A DNA stretch of 64,000 bases. Origin: Ostrea edulis (lineage: Eukaryota). Position numbers and translations under genes: made by a program. This document shows, one piece after another, positions 51,292-64,000 of this stretch. The stretch lies in the NCBI RefSeq assembly GCF_947568905.1, contig NC_079167.1:26164001-26228000 (forward strand), given 5' to 3'. The notes beneath the pieces are model-generated. The model searched no databases. It was not told where the DNA came from and saw only the letters and a list, made by a program, of their open reading frames with translations. Every line of letters starts with the position of its first letter. Position 1 is the stretch's first letter.

Positions 51292-52053
51292 TTTGGCACT
51301 TTGCCAAAAAGTGATTTTTTGTTGGATTTCGTTGATGAATTTAGATAATTTGGAAAATACATACAGCATAATCAACTGTCATCAAAGAATGTCCATATCA
51401 AAGACTCTTAATATATATAAAAAGATTAATGGTGAAACGTAGTGCAATAGATCTATTGTAGTACGAAAACTGTAGATTTGGGCATTTTGCCAAAACGGGA
51501 TTTTTTGTTGGATTTCGTTGATGAATTTAGATAATTTGGAAAATACATACAGCATAATCAACTGTCATCAAAGGATGTCCATATCAAAGACTCTTAATGT
51601 ATATAAAAAGATTAATGGTGAAACGTAGTGCAATAGATCTATTGTAGCACGAAAACTGTAGATTTGGGAATTTTGCCAAAACGGAATTTTTTGTTGAATT
51701 TCGTTGATGAATTTAGATAATTTGGAAAATACATACAGCATAATCAACTGTCATCAAAGGGTGTCCATATCAAAGACTCTTAATGTATATAAAAAGATTA
51801 ATGGTGAAACGTAGTGCAATAGATCTATTGTAGCATGAAAACTGTAGATTTGGGCATTTTGCCAAAACGGGATTTTTTGTTGGATTTCGTTGATGAATTT
51901 AGATAATTTGGAAAATACATACAGCATAATCAACTGTCATCAAAGGGTGTCCATATCAAAGACTCCTAATTTATATAAAAAGATTAATGGTGAAATGTAG
52001 TACAATTGATCTATTGTAGTACGAAAACTGTAGATTTGGGCATTTTGCCAAAA
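51292..52053. repeat. 186-bp tandem repeat, about 4 copies
   Basis: gttgRatttcgttgatgaatttag starts at 51321, 51507, 51693 and 51879. Confidence 0.92.
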
Positions 52054-52524
52054 ATTCATACTAATGACAAATAATACAACCTACACCATTTTCAGTTACA
52101 ATGAACAATATGAGCAATTGATATTTCAAAAATAAACATGGAGAAGTTTAACATATTAATAAAAATTAGTTAGAGTGATTAAAAAAAACCATGTAAACAT
52201 AAACTGTAATCCAGTAGGACCCCCCCCCCCTCCCCAAACAGATTTTGCAATCATTTCCATAAACGAGCTATATTACATGTACTGTATTGTCATGTAAACT
52301 ATTATCAATAACTATAAAAAGTCTTCTCAAGATATTGGGTAGATACCAATAACTTGTTCATTGTACTGCCTTGTATTTGTTGACCTCTGACCTGGAAATC
52401 ATTAGGGTCATCTACTATTCATAACCAACCAACATATGAAATATCATAATTGAACAACAGGCCCAAGATATTGGGGGGACACCTTTGCATAGAGTACTAG
52501 CTACATTGCACCTAGTCATTTTTA

Positions 52525-52768
52525 ATTGATTGATTTATTGATATTTTCCGCCACACTCAACAATTTTTCAGTTTTCTGGTGGTGCCCAGTGTTTATTGGT
52601 GAAAGTGAGAACCCAGATACAATGTACCTGCGGAGAGACCACCGACCTTCCGAAAGTAAATTGGGAAACTTTCTCACTTAATACCAGCGCGAGCGGGATT
52701 CGAACCCTCGCCGACTGAGGCCGTGTCATTTTGAACGCTATGCTCCAACCACTCGGCCACGGAGGCCC
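52525..52768 (-). mobile_element. tRNA-derived SINE (CORE/V-like body)
   Basis: Minus strand: gtggccgagtggtt (A box), ggttcgaatccc (B box), gaaggtcggtggtctct body and (caat)n tail. Confidence 0.8.
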
Positions 52769-54120
52769 CTGTTATTTTTAATCTTTTGACCTGAAAATCA
52801 ATGGGGGTCATATACTACCAGTGACCAACCCCTGTATGAAATATCACTATCAATCAAAGGGTTCTGAAGAAACTGGTCAGACATCAATTGTACAGAGTAT
52901 TGTATTGCACCTAGTGACCTTTGGACCAGAAAATCAATAGGTGTCATTTTCTACTGCAGAAACTGCATGAAACTTTAAAATTTATTGAAGTTTGTTCAGT
53001 GTTACTGTAATCTATGTTGACATACCAGTAATTAGTAAATTTATAATATTAACACAGAACAACTCATTTTTGCAAAGTTGTTTATTCAACAAACATGGAT
53101 CACAATGTTATCCAAACAACACAATCATCTTTTTAAAAAAATCATTATAATAGTGATTTTCCTTCAACTGTTCAGTAATGAATCCTTATTCAGTAGGCTC
53201 ACATAAGACACTTGCAGGTTAATTTTGCAATGTTTTAGTTACATTAGTCTTCTGACACCAAAACTTAATCTTAACTAAGTCATGGTGTTTCCTTAGAAGA
53301 ATAGTATACTGAATCATGATGGACTTGTGTCGTGAGGTGTGTTCATTGACTGTAAAACTCGCAGGTTTTTTTTCCATTCTCAAGAGCTCTTCTTTGTCTT
53401 CTATATCACATAAGAGTCATGGAATGCATCTTCTGCTCTTCAAGTTCTAAAAAATGTGTTGAACAAATATTGAAAAGTTCATCTTATTTTTCACATTTTC
53501 ATACAGTACACACCTAATTCAATTTGATTAAACTAAATTTACATGTACAAGATCATTCATGATGCTAGAATAGTAATTTTACCACTTAATTAATTACGTA
53601 GTTGATAGATTATCATGCCCGCCCACCCGCCCCTCAAAAATCATCTGTGAAATAACATAGATTTATATATCTGGCATTAAATTATGCACTTCTGTTGACA
53701 AAAACTCGTTTGTCATCAATATATTTCTCAGAAAATAAAAATTAAAAAATAAAATCTTCCCACAGTCTGCCCCATACTTTTTGGTGACCCAGGATGATAA
53801 TCTTACTAATTAAGTTGAATTGGCCTAAAGGATGTTATGTTTTGATACAGTTTGTATACATGTGTTTATGCTGTATTGAAGAGCTATTAATAGTGTTAAT
53901 ACTCATAAATTAACAAGATGTCCACAAACCTTATTGGTTACTTGAGTATTAATCAAATTTAAAAAAAATTCAAAGTATCACTATAGCTCTAAGGGCTACA
54001 AAATCCATGTTATACACTATATGACTCTTTTGGACCCACATTCACAACCCTGTGTTTTCGAAATTCGCAATTTTGGTACCCCTTTCTGTTTTTCCTTCAT
54101 AAGCATTCAGCTTTATTTAA

Positions 54121-54330
54121 GGTAGTTCCACCCTCCTGTGATGTCATAATATTTTGCGGAGTCAATGATTTAATAAGATTTATGCATAACATGAACATAA
54201 ATTGTGTTCGAGTCTTTTTCAATAGTTATTGTAAAATATCTTGTATAACCATAAAATATTTCAAACGTATCTGAATAATCAATGAGCTACATTTTTCACA
54301 ATGCTATACGAGTTATTTCCCCCTGATTAC
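54121..54330. mobile_element. Partial TTAA-type element, homolog of 27880-28121
   Basis: TTAA followed by ggtagttccaccctcctgtgatgtcat. Confidence 0.6.
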
Positions 54331-56213
54331 AGGGAGCGCGCATCACATTACTGTCATTCGATGGTGTCAAGTAAGGAATAAATAGAAAATTTGCAATTTC
54401 TGATTGCAATCAATTGCCAGTTAAGGAATTTTTTTTAAGAATTAAGTGTAATGACTTGAAAACAGTATAACTGAACAAAATTTCTTAGTCACTGATTACA
54501 TGTATGTGGCCCATGTGTGTTTTTCTTGCAAGCAATGTATGGTCATGATGTAACAAAGTATGTAAATATTAACTAGTCCTCAATTTCTTTAGATCAGAAT
54601 CATGATGTCCTTAGTATATCAGCAATTCTTCATTATTAATTTCTATCAATATTTTCGACAACCAAACACAACAAAACATGCAATAAGATATGCCTAAAAC
54701 ACATGTACAACCAACGCATACATGTACATTATCAATTTATCGTTTCACAATGAACAACACTACTTGTTGCTAAATGTACACCAGATGTCAATAAACAAAG
54801 CATGTTAATTATCTTGAATTGGCATCTCTAGTGTAAAATTTTTGTTAAAATTTACTTGTTAAGAATTTTCAGGCATTATTATGAAGTCACCCCCCCCCCC
54901 CCCCCCCTCCTTATCACATGTATGCTTTCATTGTGCTCTTAATTCTAGGTGTCTGTTGTTTTAAAAACAGACTACTACTGAAATCCTCAGTATTAATTGC
55001 ATAATTTGGACACAAATAAATGTCAAATACACTTATACCCCCCCCCCCCTTCCCCAACTCTACAATTTAACGAAGTGTATATCTGAAAAAGTTTTCTCCA
55101 TAAAATTGAAGAAATCAAACCCTAGTTCTAAAACAAAATTCTCAATTTTGGTATAGAGCATTTTTAAAAGTTTTAAAAGGGACTTAATTCCCCTTGTCCC
55201 AAAGATGCTTAAAAGAAATTTGAAAAGAATTGGAAGGGTGGTTATCAAGAAAAAATATTAATGTTCAATTAATGTCTTATGATGACTGACGCACACAAAT
55301 AGCAACATGTAGGTCACTTGAGTGATTCTCAACATTGACCTAATTAGAATTAATCATTTTTACAAATGATACTGAGCTCATACACATGTGTACATATATA
55401 TGTGCGTCATTGACAACAAAACAACTAGTCTTTTTGAGTATGCTAATTAAGTGAAGTAATAATTTTTTTTTAGGAAGTTGTGATGAAAACGTTTCAAGTC
55501 ATCATGTCGCATAAAAAATGGATGGTCTCCTGTGATTATTCTAGAGAATTCAGTTTCCATGCAGGCTCTATAACCAAGAAACTAAACCCAATGTACCACA
55601 TTCCCCACATCTATTAATTTGTTTTAGGATTTATAATACTGGGATTCAAATTTGAATTTCAAATTATGTATTCAATGTGTATGTATTAATGCTGAATATT
55701 TACCTCCTCAAAGTCAGCAACTTGGTCAACTCCATCTTTAGGTGATTTGCACAGTATGATGCTCATACAGCTGAAACACAGAAAAGCACACATTAATTAC
55801 ATAAAATAGTGGTCATGTACTTTGGCCAAAATATGTGATTATTGGATGAAAAAGTAAGAATTCAAAAGTATTTGAATATTTACAATGTACATTTAATATT
55901 TTTTGATTTACTTCAGTTGACAGGACCTACATGTATTAAAATTTGAGGGCCCAGTTACAGGACCCAATTCAAAATCATCAATTTTTCATCATTTAATTTT
56001 TCCAAATCAAGTGTCCTAAAGTTCATAATTACAGAGATGAGAAAACTTTAAATCATAATAGTATTTGTGTGATTTCTTCTGTAGATTAGAACCATCACAT
56101 ATTAGTGGGGGTTACCACAGGTAAACAAACTTGAAAGTAGCCTGGCTCACCAATATATATGATTTTAACAATCTTTATCTAGAATGCACACAGGCATTTA
56201 CATGTTTGTTTTT

Positions 56214-56364
56214 NNNNNNNNNNNNNNNNNNNNNNNNNNNNNNNNNNNNNNNNNNNNNNNNNNNNNNNNNNNNNNNNNNNNNNNNNNNNNNNNNNNNNNN
56301 NNNNNNNNNNNNNNNNNNNNNNNNNNNNNNNNNNNNNNNNNNNNNNNNNNNNNNNNNNNNNNNN
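56214..56364. other. Assembly gap (about 150 N)
   Basis: Run of N. Confidence 1.
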
Positions 56365-57504
56365 TACATAAATTAAGCCTAGTCCTTTTGAAAATGTCCA
56401 TATGAAACATGATTTTATAAGTATTCCCCAATTTTTACAGATCCTGAACTCTGTGTAAATGTGATAGGAAACTCCCTGAGTGAATGTTAGGTTGGGGACA
56501 TACTTAACTAGTATTCTATATTGTACACCCATGCAGTAAATGACAGGACTACTTACAATGTTCAGTCTACATGTATACCACTATAGCTGACTAGCCTGGC
56601 TGGCAGTATAAAATAAATTGGGGTTCTCATATGTTTACTAAAAGCCAAATTTTCTGATACATTTTATTCAGCCTTTACTTTAGAATTTGGATTCTAAATC
56701 AAATAGAATACTTACGTCAATACAAGTTCCAACACGGCAACAGGCAGGGCTTTTTCTATGAATATGTCTGTCAGCCTTCTGTTTCCCTGGTCATTTTTTT
56801 AGTCGGATGTGATGCAATAAAGCGTTAAATTCCACACAACATTTACTTTTTCTACGAATACGTAGACGATTGGATGCTAGAGTCCGGTGACTATGGCAAA
56901 GATCAAACGGATTTGTATTCCATGAAATAAACCGGAATCCTTTAGCACAATTGAAGATAAATATCGTGGTAGTGAATTAAGTGAACAAAGAGCATCTGAT
57001 ATTGATAAACTTCTGAAGAACAAATTGAATAAAAACTCAATTTCCACCTCCTGCCATACTGAAAACAAATGAAGGCTGTTCATATCTCCAATACAAGAGA
57101 GTGTTACAAAGGGCAATAACTCTTTCTGGTGTATTTTGGTTTGTGCACCAGAGGAAACTACTGGTTTATGTGTTTACCTTTGGTTTCTCCACAAATGTGT
57201 TTCTGTACTTTTTAAAAGTAAGATTCAATACATTTTACTAGCATGTGAGTTTACACCAAATGACTGGGCAAATATATTTTATTCCTCTCTAAAAATTACA
57301 TATATCAAACCCTTATACATCATAAAAATAATTATTTCTATTGCTTTCAAGGATTAAATAAATACAAAAAAATTTCTAAAAGCTAGAACCTAGCTCAAAA
57401 TAATTTTTACAATTGTTGTTTTTATAAACAATAGCGTTTAATTTTGGTTTATTCAAAATATAACATATATGTGCATATCTTGTCCAGCTGTTGTTAGAGG
57501 ATCG

Positions 57505-57528
57505 GTTTCCATGGCAACCGTTGCTAAG
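57505..57528. promoter_or_regulatory. RFX X-box GTTTCCATGGCAAC plus adjacent half-site GTTGCTAAG
   Basis: Exact consensus match in unique sequence. Confidence 0.55.
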
Positions 57529-58631
57529 TCAAACCTTTGCATGCCCTTTTTGTTTTATATCTATCATAATATTGTTACACACAAAGTTTCATAAAAATCT
57601 GTGACATACCGTGGCCACTGAATTTTGATAGTTACATAGAATCAAATACATTGTTATCTGATGTGTTTCATACTAGTTCTTTATTACGGTACTAATTTTG
57701 ACAACGGATTGCTCCATTTACCTGATCAAAAATATAGAGCTCACAGCGGTTGTAACCAGTCACCAGAGGATCTTTACTCTTCTTCCTTGGCACCTGATCC
57801 CACTTCCAGTAGGTCCAGAGGTCCGTATGGTAGATGGCAGAAGTGGGATCAGGTGCCTAGGAAGAGTTTCTTTTTAAATTTGAATTCTTTATAGGAATTA
57901 TGTGATTGATCACTGTTCATTATCTTCACCTTTCCTGTCATTGAAGCAGCTGTGAAGCTCACATTGAGAACGAGACAGTAATTTACTTTTTGAACACGAA
58001 GACCATACAACTACCTCGTACGGAAAACAAAGGTCGATATCGCCATTACGTAGATTTCGTCAAAATGACAACTTATTACACCTGCTAGTGAGAAAGGAAA
58101 TTGATATTTTTTTCTATTAAGTTCACGTACATTTAATTTAATGAGGCCCGGGGCCGTTCAGCAAAGTCACTCGTCGTCCCGTTAGGGGGCTTTTTGGATG
58201 CATTTCATAATGGATGCAAGTCTATCCTGTACGTATATAGCATTTACATATAATTTCCAAACCGAAACAGTGTGATAAAGTGATGTGTGTCTATTGCACT
58301 GTTGCTTCATCCGAGAAGAGGTTTTTAGTAGAAAGTGACAGGAAAAATGCCTGTGTTGTCCGAACTTTTACGTCAACTTACTGGACTAACTACATGTAGT
58401 TATGCAATGAAGCATTGTCATAGGACAAGAAATATAAGTGAGATTTATTTTCCGTTAATTTTTGGTTTGAAAGGAAATCGACCAGCATGACGATATTCAC
58501 GTTTTACTCGCACTTTCGACTACATCTCATACTGTTAAAAATTGACCACCAACATTCATAAATTCGATCCAAATGAAGCTTTTCGACACAAAGAATATAC
58601 GTAACAAGCATTACACCAATAACGTTACATG

Positions 58632-60326
58632 TTAAACCACAGGTTTATTCAAATATTTCTTGTGGATAACTGACTTTACACAACCAAATCCGGACAGTTT
58701 TTGTGGCATATACGTTCCTGCCAATGAGGCTGTTCGATTTGATATATTGAAACAAACAACTTCATCAAATATTTCTGATGACTTGATTCCTCCGTAAATA
58801 ATAACATAATTCCCCTGCAATACTGAACCAAAACTATATCGTTCAAATCCTGAAATGCTCCCCAGGTCTTCCACCGTTCCATCCTGAAACGACAGTACTT
58901 TCCCGTCAGGACATATGATGAGAATTTTTCTTTGATATCCAAGAGCAGACGATAAACGACAGAAAACCGGAAGTTGAGAAATGACAGTGCATATGTTACG
59001 GCGAGTGTCAAAGCACTGAACAATTTTTGTGTCAAAGTTTTCTCCCGTCACCCCACCGAACAGGAATATTTTCTCACGATCAACGGCGGAAGAAGCCGAG
59101 CGAACAGGCGTACTGAGATAGCCACAATCTTCCCATTCACCAGTAGATAGCGTAAATTTCTCTAATGCTAATATCGTTTGGAACCCTTCCTCATTTCCAT
59201 CGTCATATCCTCCAAGAACATAAACAGATTCTCCCACTGCTTCCATAGAATGACGTCTTCTTCCCAGCAACATCGACTGACACTTTGTCCAAGCGTTCCA
59301 GTTACTATGGTAGCACAGCATTCCTTTCAATTTTGAGCTTCCACCGGACACAAATATTGCGTTTCCATAGGAACAGGTTGCAAATTCAACGCCAGGATCG
59401 TAGGGCAGCGGTTCAAGGTAGTTCCACGTCAGGTTTGAACGACAGCATGTGACTGCTCTTGTTGTGCGCTCTCTTTCATCACTTCCGCCTATGCAGACGA
59501 CAACTTCTTCAAAATCTCCGGAATTCCGATAAAGCAACCTTGGTGACATAAACTCCTGTCTTCTAGCTGGTAATAAATGATACCGCTTAGCTTCATCAAG
59601 AATTTCTTTGCATTCCTTATCATCTTTAATCAAAGGATTTTGTTCAACAACTTCTAGTAAGTATTCTGGTTGCAGAAGAGGAAGTCTTAAATGTTCGAAT
59701 AAGGTTTTGATGTGTTGTTTCCGGTTATCGATATCAGCATGAACCCAATCAAATACTGTCTCGGTCACGATTTCCTCGTCTTTTACGTTGAGATCATTGT
59801 CACTAATAATACTTGTAACTTCGTACACATCCAAGGCTCTAAAATCATCGGTTAGACAGATATTTGTGAAGTAATGCAATATGAATCTAAAAGATTTCTG
59901 TGCTAAGTAATGACAGCCATGACCCTGAGCAAGCTTCCACGTGCCGATGCAGTTCTCAGTGTCCACTTTCGATATCATGAACTCTTCACAACGCTCTTGA
60001 AGACATTTTATCTGCATCATGACTGATACTTGCAACAATTCACCGACATTTTCTTCATCCAATTCGAGATTCCCACCATAAATGAACTTGATTATTTGAT
60101 CAAAGGTACAACTTGTGACATTCTGAATGTTGACTTTGTGATTTTGGGATTCTATCATTCCTGAAGAAAACATAGCGTCAAAATAGGGCGACATGGCCGA
60201 TAGAACCAGTCTATGACAGTGAAAAGTCTTATTTTCAACAACGATCTCCACATCTATGTACTGAGAGGCCTCGTAAAGTTGACGAAGTCCAGAACACAGT
60301 GCTGTGATGTAATCAGTCTGTCCCAT
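58632..60326 (-). CDS. Kelch-like protein (BTB-BACK-Kelch, KLHL24-like), 564 aa, single coding exon
   Basis: [32 protein letters not shown]; BACK domain; kelch GG repeats. Acceptor at 60332-60334; probable 5'UTR exon donor GTAAGT at 60668. Confidence 0.93.
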   Translation of the reverse strand: MGQTDYITALCSGLRQLYEASQYIDVEIVVENKTFHCHRLVLSAMSPYFDAMFSSGMIESQNHKVNIQNVTSCTFDQIIKFIYGGNLELDEENVGELLQVSVMMQIKCLQERCEEFMISKVDTENCIGTWKLAQGHGCHYLAQKSFRFILHYFTNICLTDDFRALDVYEVTSIISDNDLNVKDEEIVTETVFDWVHADIDNRKQHIKTLFEHLRLPLLQPEYLLEVVEQNPLIKDDKECKEILDEAKRYHLLPARRQEFMSPRLLYRNSGDFEEVVVCIGGSDERERTTRAVTCCRSNLTWNYLEPLPYDPGVEFATCSYGNAIFVSGGSSKLKGMLCYHSNWNAWTKCQSMLLGRRRHSMEAVGESVYVLGGYDDGNEEGFQTILALEKFTLSTGEWEDCGYLSTPVRSASSAVDREKIFLFGGVTGENFDTKIVQCFDTRRNICTVISQLPVFCRLSSALGYQRKILIICPDGKVLSFQDGTVEDLGSISGFERYSFGSVLQGNYVIIYGGIKSSEIFDEVVCFNISNRTASLAGTYMPQKLSGFGCVKSVIHKKYLNKPVV

Positions 60327-61204
60327 AATGTCTGAAATAATACAGAGGGACTCGTGAATCTGTTAAAACCTGACATTTGTTTCAGAATCATTAGAATTTT
60401 CGGTGTAGGTTTTTGGCAGTAATTTAGTATAAGATATGCACTGCTGGATTATATAAGCAATGCACGAATTAGATACAGAATGAATTAGCTTGGAAAAATC
60501 AATCATTGAATAACATCAATGAAGATGCCGGTACTTCATTGTGACTTGGCGATACTCGCTACCTTGCTTTGTAACAGACTGATTAGCATAAAATGTATAT
60601 AAACAATTTTTGTTCTCCAACATGGAAAGTAAATCATGATATCTTAATTGATAACAACATTTACTTACCTATGTTTCTCTGCTCGCCATTTAATTTTCTT
60701 AACGCGTTTAGGCAAGATTCCAAGAAGGATAACTCTGATACGTTGTCAAGTTATTTAAATACATTTTAAAAACGCAAGCAAGTTTTTAAAGCATTGGAAG
60801 TATGCTTACAGGGGCGGATCCAAAATATCGAAGGGGTGCGACCTAAAATGGTATCTTTTCTGCTCCCAAAGGGGATTGCAGAGACCGAAATGACACAACC
60901 AAGAGTGGTAGGTGCTGCAACATCGTTAATTTCCCCCAGATCCTACACTAATTTATGCGGTAATTAATTATAATGACTACTTACCGTTAAGTGTTGTATA
61001 TTTACGCATTTGAATGTATTACATCATGTGTTGTTATCAGATATTGGCTCAAACCAAAACCGCAAAAATATACATATATGAATAAATTTCAAGACTCTTT
61101 TCAGTCTTTTATCAAGAAATTATAACTCATCTCATTTTAAAAAAACAAACAAACCATACAACACTTTAAAATATCCATAGCCATTTCAAAACATTTATTT
61201 CACA

Positions 61205-63449
61205 TCAACGTTTGGAAGTATTCAACGAATCATCTATTATCAAGTACTTCTTGCTGATGTTTGTAATGACCGCAAAGTACTGATTTGAATCTGGTGGATA
61301 TGGGAGCTGTTTGATGTCACAAAATAATCGCTTGTTTTCTGATATTCCGTACCGAATGACCTTACTTTCTCCCTGAGCAGTTTTTGTATCACTGACGAGG
61401 AGGAGGCTGTCTTTATAGAAGACCACGGAATACTCTGTCATCATCAAACCCTTCATGATAGTCCCGATCACTCTGGGTTCAGGGGTCCAAGGGTCTGATC
61501 TACTAGACTGCAATACCCTTCCTTCGGCAGTGACGTGATAAAAATAGTCTCCATTCGAACAGATCTTCATAATGCCCGTTAGAACCCCTTTCGGAAAGTG
61601 GCATATTTCTGTGCAGGCTTTGGTTGTCACATTGTAGCACTGAATGACTGGCGTAAAAGTGACCACATTTTGCGATCCTCCAAACACAAAAATGTCTGAT
61701 CCTGCGCAGGCACAAGAAGCATCTGCAACCGGAATTAGGAGAGTCCCCTCTTTTGACCAAGCATCTTCGACCATGCTGTATTTTTCTATGGAGTTGAAGG
61801 TGTGATGGTGCATTGACTTCCCGCCAATAATGAATATATCCGACGCTATCCCACACATACAGTGACTGAATCGCTTGGAATTCATTCGTCGTAAGTATTT
61901 CCATTCATTTTCACAACAATCGTATTTTACAAAGTTGACGAGATTCCCGGAACCTCCTGATATAAACACACCTTTCTCATGGAAACACAGTCCAGGACTT
62001 CCCCCTGCTTTAAAGTTGGTGATTCTGTTCAACGAAAACCAAACATTTTGCATAAAGCTGTAGCAAACTACGTCTACGTGGTCTGATAAATTGTTGGGTC
62101 TCACAACAAGTAATACCTCGTCTTTTCTAAATTTAATCAAGTTTGACTTGCCTCTGTCATCATCCAAAAGTGTCTTCTTGCACGAGGGGTATTGATGCAA
62201 GTATTTGTTTGCTTGACAGAAATTCTGAAGAATTTCAGAGTCTATTTGGGGACAATCCACGTGCTTTAGAAGTGTTAACAGAGTTCCCTCGGTTTGACTT
62301 TCTTGTCCTTCAAACCACTGAAGAATCAAATTTAAAACATAGATTTCATCTGGAACTATCAAGTCTTCGCTTGACACCAAATTTGCTAGTGTCCTAGCAT
62401 TCAGTTTTTTGCAGTATCCATTTTGAAATAATTGTATAATGTTTTCCTTAATGAAACCTGTAACATTGTTTACTAGTTGTTCGCAATCGGAAGAGTCTGC
62501 CATAGCAAGGACGTCAACACAATTATCTAAATTTGTATGTCTAAAAATATATCGCGCACATATACTTTGAAGAGGTTTTATCTGAAAGTACACTGAAGCC
62601 GCAAAAATCAAGTCAGCGTCTGTATTGTCAATACAGCTATCTCCGGTATAAATGTACGATATTATCTTTCCTATGATACTCGCATCAAATCCGTGCAATT
62701 CCACGGCACTTTCATCAGTTTCTTTCATGCCAGACGAGAACATCGCATCAAAATAAGGTGACAATGCAGCTAAAACGATTTTATGACATCTGAAGACCTT
62801 TTCGTTTACTTTAAGAATTACATCTGTTAAAATATCTTTCTTCCAAAATTCTAGAATTCCTTCGGAAAATACTCTTAGCCTCGCTCGCTCAATAACTTCC
62901 AAACATGACACATATTGCGATTTAACAAGAAAACCGATACTTAAATCTTCTGCAGGTCTGGATATTTGATTGACAAAATCAGAGAGGCTGACTCCCTCCC
63001 AGTGGTACAGCTTCTGTATGAGATATTGAACATTTTCTACTGTACTCAGTTCGTTTACAGAAGATTTCATACAAACATCATAGGCCCTCTGACTGAAAAC
63101 AGCCAACACTACTTTGTGACATTCCGTTTTGTTTTCCCCGTGGGTCAAATGGAAATCAATGTGCCTTTCTTCATCTCTCAGACGGGACAATTCTTGCAAC
63201 AGGAGACGACTATGTCGGACATTCACCTGTAAAATTATGATAAATTGTTGAACTTCTCATACGAACGAGTTAATTAGTTTGAAGCTCAATAAATAAACAA
63301 ATCCTGAAATCGATTTAAATATCGATTTTACATGCAATGTTATCTAGTTTTGTTTTGTATTTGTAAACAGCTAAAATTCCACATATACATTTATCAAACG
63401 CATGTGTTAAATCTTAAAACAAGTAACTGGACGTCAGTAGACTTACCAT
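61205..63449 (-). CDS. Kelch-like protein with an extra degenerate N-terminal BTB, about 674 aa
   Basis: The large exon 63226-61205 begins right after an acceptor (ttttacag|GTG). The ATG is probably the last codon of an upstream exon (63449-63447, followed by GTAAGT). AATAAA at 61199-61194. Confidence 0.88.
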
Positions 63450-63706
63450 AACCTATGTCTCCCTTTACAACCAAGAACCTAACGTCTATGTCGGATTTTA
63501 AACACGAATAGTCATGCAGGCGTCATGGTCATAGATGATTAGTTGAAGCGCGGGAATTTCAAAAGAATTTGCTTGATAGCACAGTAGAAAAAGCATCATA
63601 TATATACATGTATACGCCTATACATGAATGTCATTAACAGTGCTCAAAGAGAATTCACATGCAGTATTCGGCGAAAAGTGGGTGGGAAGGTAGGTAACTG
63701 TTAAAT

Positions 63707-63821
63707 GGATACCGACTTCCGCCCCTACCCAGGGTTGAACTCATGATCTCACCTGCGGAACACACTCTCCTTGCAGCGTGTGACCTGCGCGCTAGACCGC
63801 TCGATCATCTAGGCAAGTCAA
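63707..63821 (-). mobile_element. tRNA-like SINE head, same family as 11933-12044
   Basis: Reverse complement ttgacttgcctagatgatcgagcggtctag...gagttcaaccctgggtaggggcggaagt. Confidence 0.65.
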
Positions 63822-64000
63822 AAACACGATGGAATTCTCCCCACATTGTTACACTGTCACTGAGATTGGATTGGGATACAGTCAATTTATACACACTGCA
63901 TTTGAAATATTTCGTAAAGCACAAAGATTGCAATGAACTCTGAAATAAACTTGACTGCTCTGCGGTATACGACATGAGATTTTTTAAATGACAAATAAAA

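Noticed and set aside
51292-52053. CRISPR-like or coding repeat
   Set aside because: Contiguous 186-bp units with stops in the frames examined; an ordinary satellite.
53290-53447. Selenoprotein exon (in-frame TGA followed by open sequence)
   Set aside because: Two frames show the same pattern, no SECIS or selenoprotein motif was recognised, and the correct frame is unknown.
56880-57170. Plus-strand coding segment (MAKIKRICIP*NKPESF...)
   Set aside because: Two in-frame TGA stops and no recognisable family; could be decayed coding or transposon sequence.

Overview
AT-rich eukaryotic genomic DNA, most likely from an oyster (Ostreidae), inferred from 163-167 bp Cg170-like satellite units inside Helentron-associated (HINE-like) elements. 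It has two N gaps (2173-2372 and about 56214-56364). Genes rebuilt by hand from splice sites: PP2A catalytic subunit (minus strand, exons 1-4 only, with a near-identical copy of its upstream region at 1-2172, probably a haplotype or assembly artefact); a complete 7-exon, 317-aa RACK1 (plus strand, with a TCT/5'TOP-like motif and one GC-AG intron); three tandem WBP1/VOPP1 (Shisa-like) six-cysteine membrane microprotein genes (minus); and two BTB-BACK-Kelch genes (minus). The most unusual feature is RACK1 intron 6. It holds six SNORD96-like C/D snoRNA copies (guide for 5.8S Gm75) in one intron: three intact, one with an altered guide and two decayed, plus a MITE and a palindromic 29-bp minisatellite. 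This layout predicts either a snoRNA-capped long RNA or polycistronic processing. Other notable items are a decayed Kolobok element that keeps a KolX/P2X7-ballast-like gene and heads a chain of TTAA-abutting elements, and an intact spliced DD34E Tc1 element inserted in an intron of one WBP1-like gene. All family assignments come from motif recognition, not database searches.
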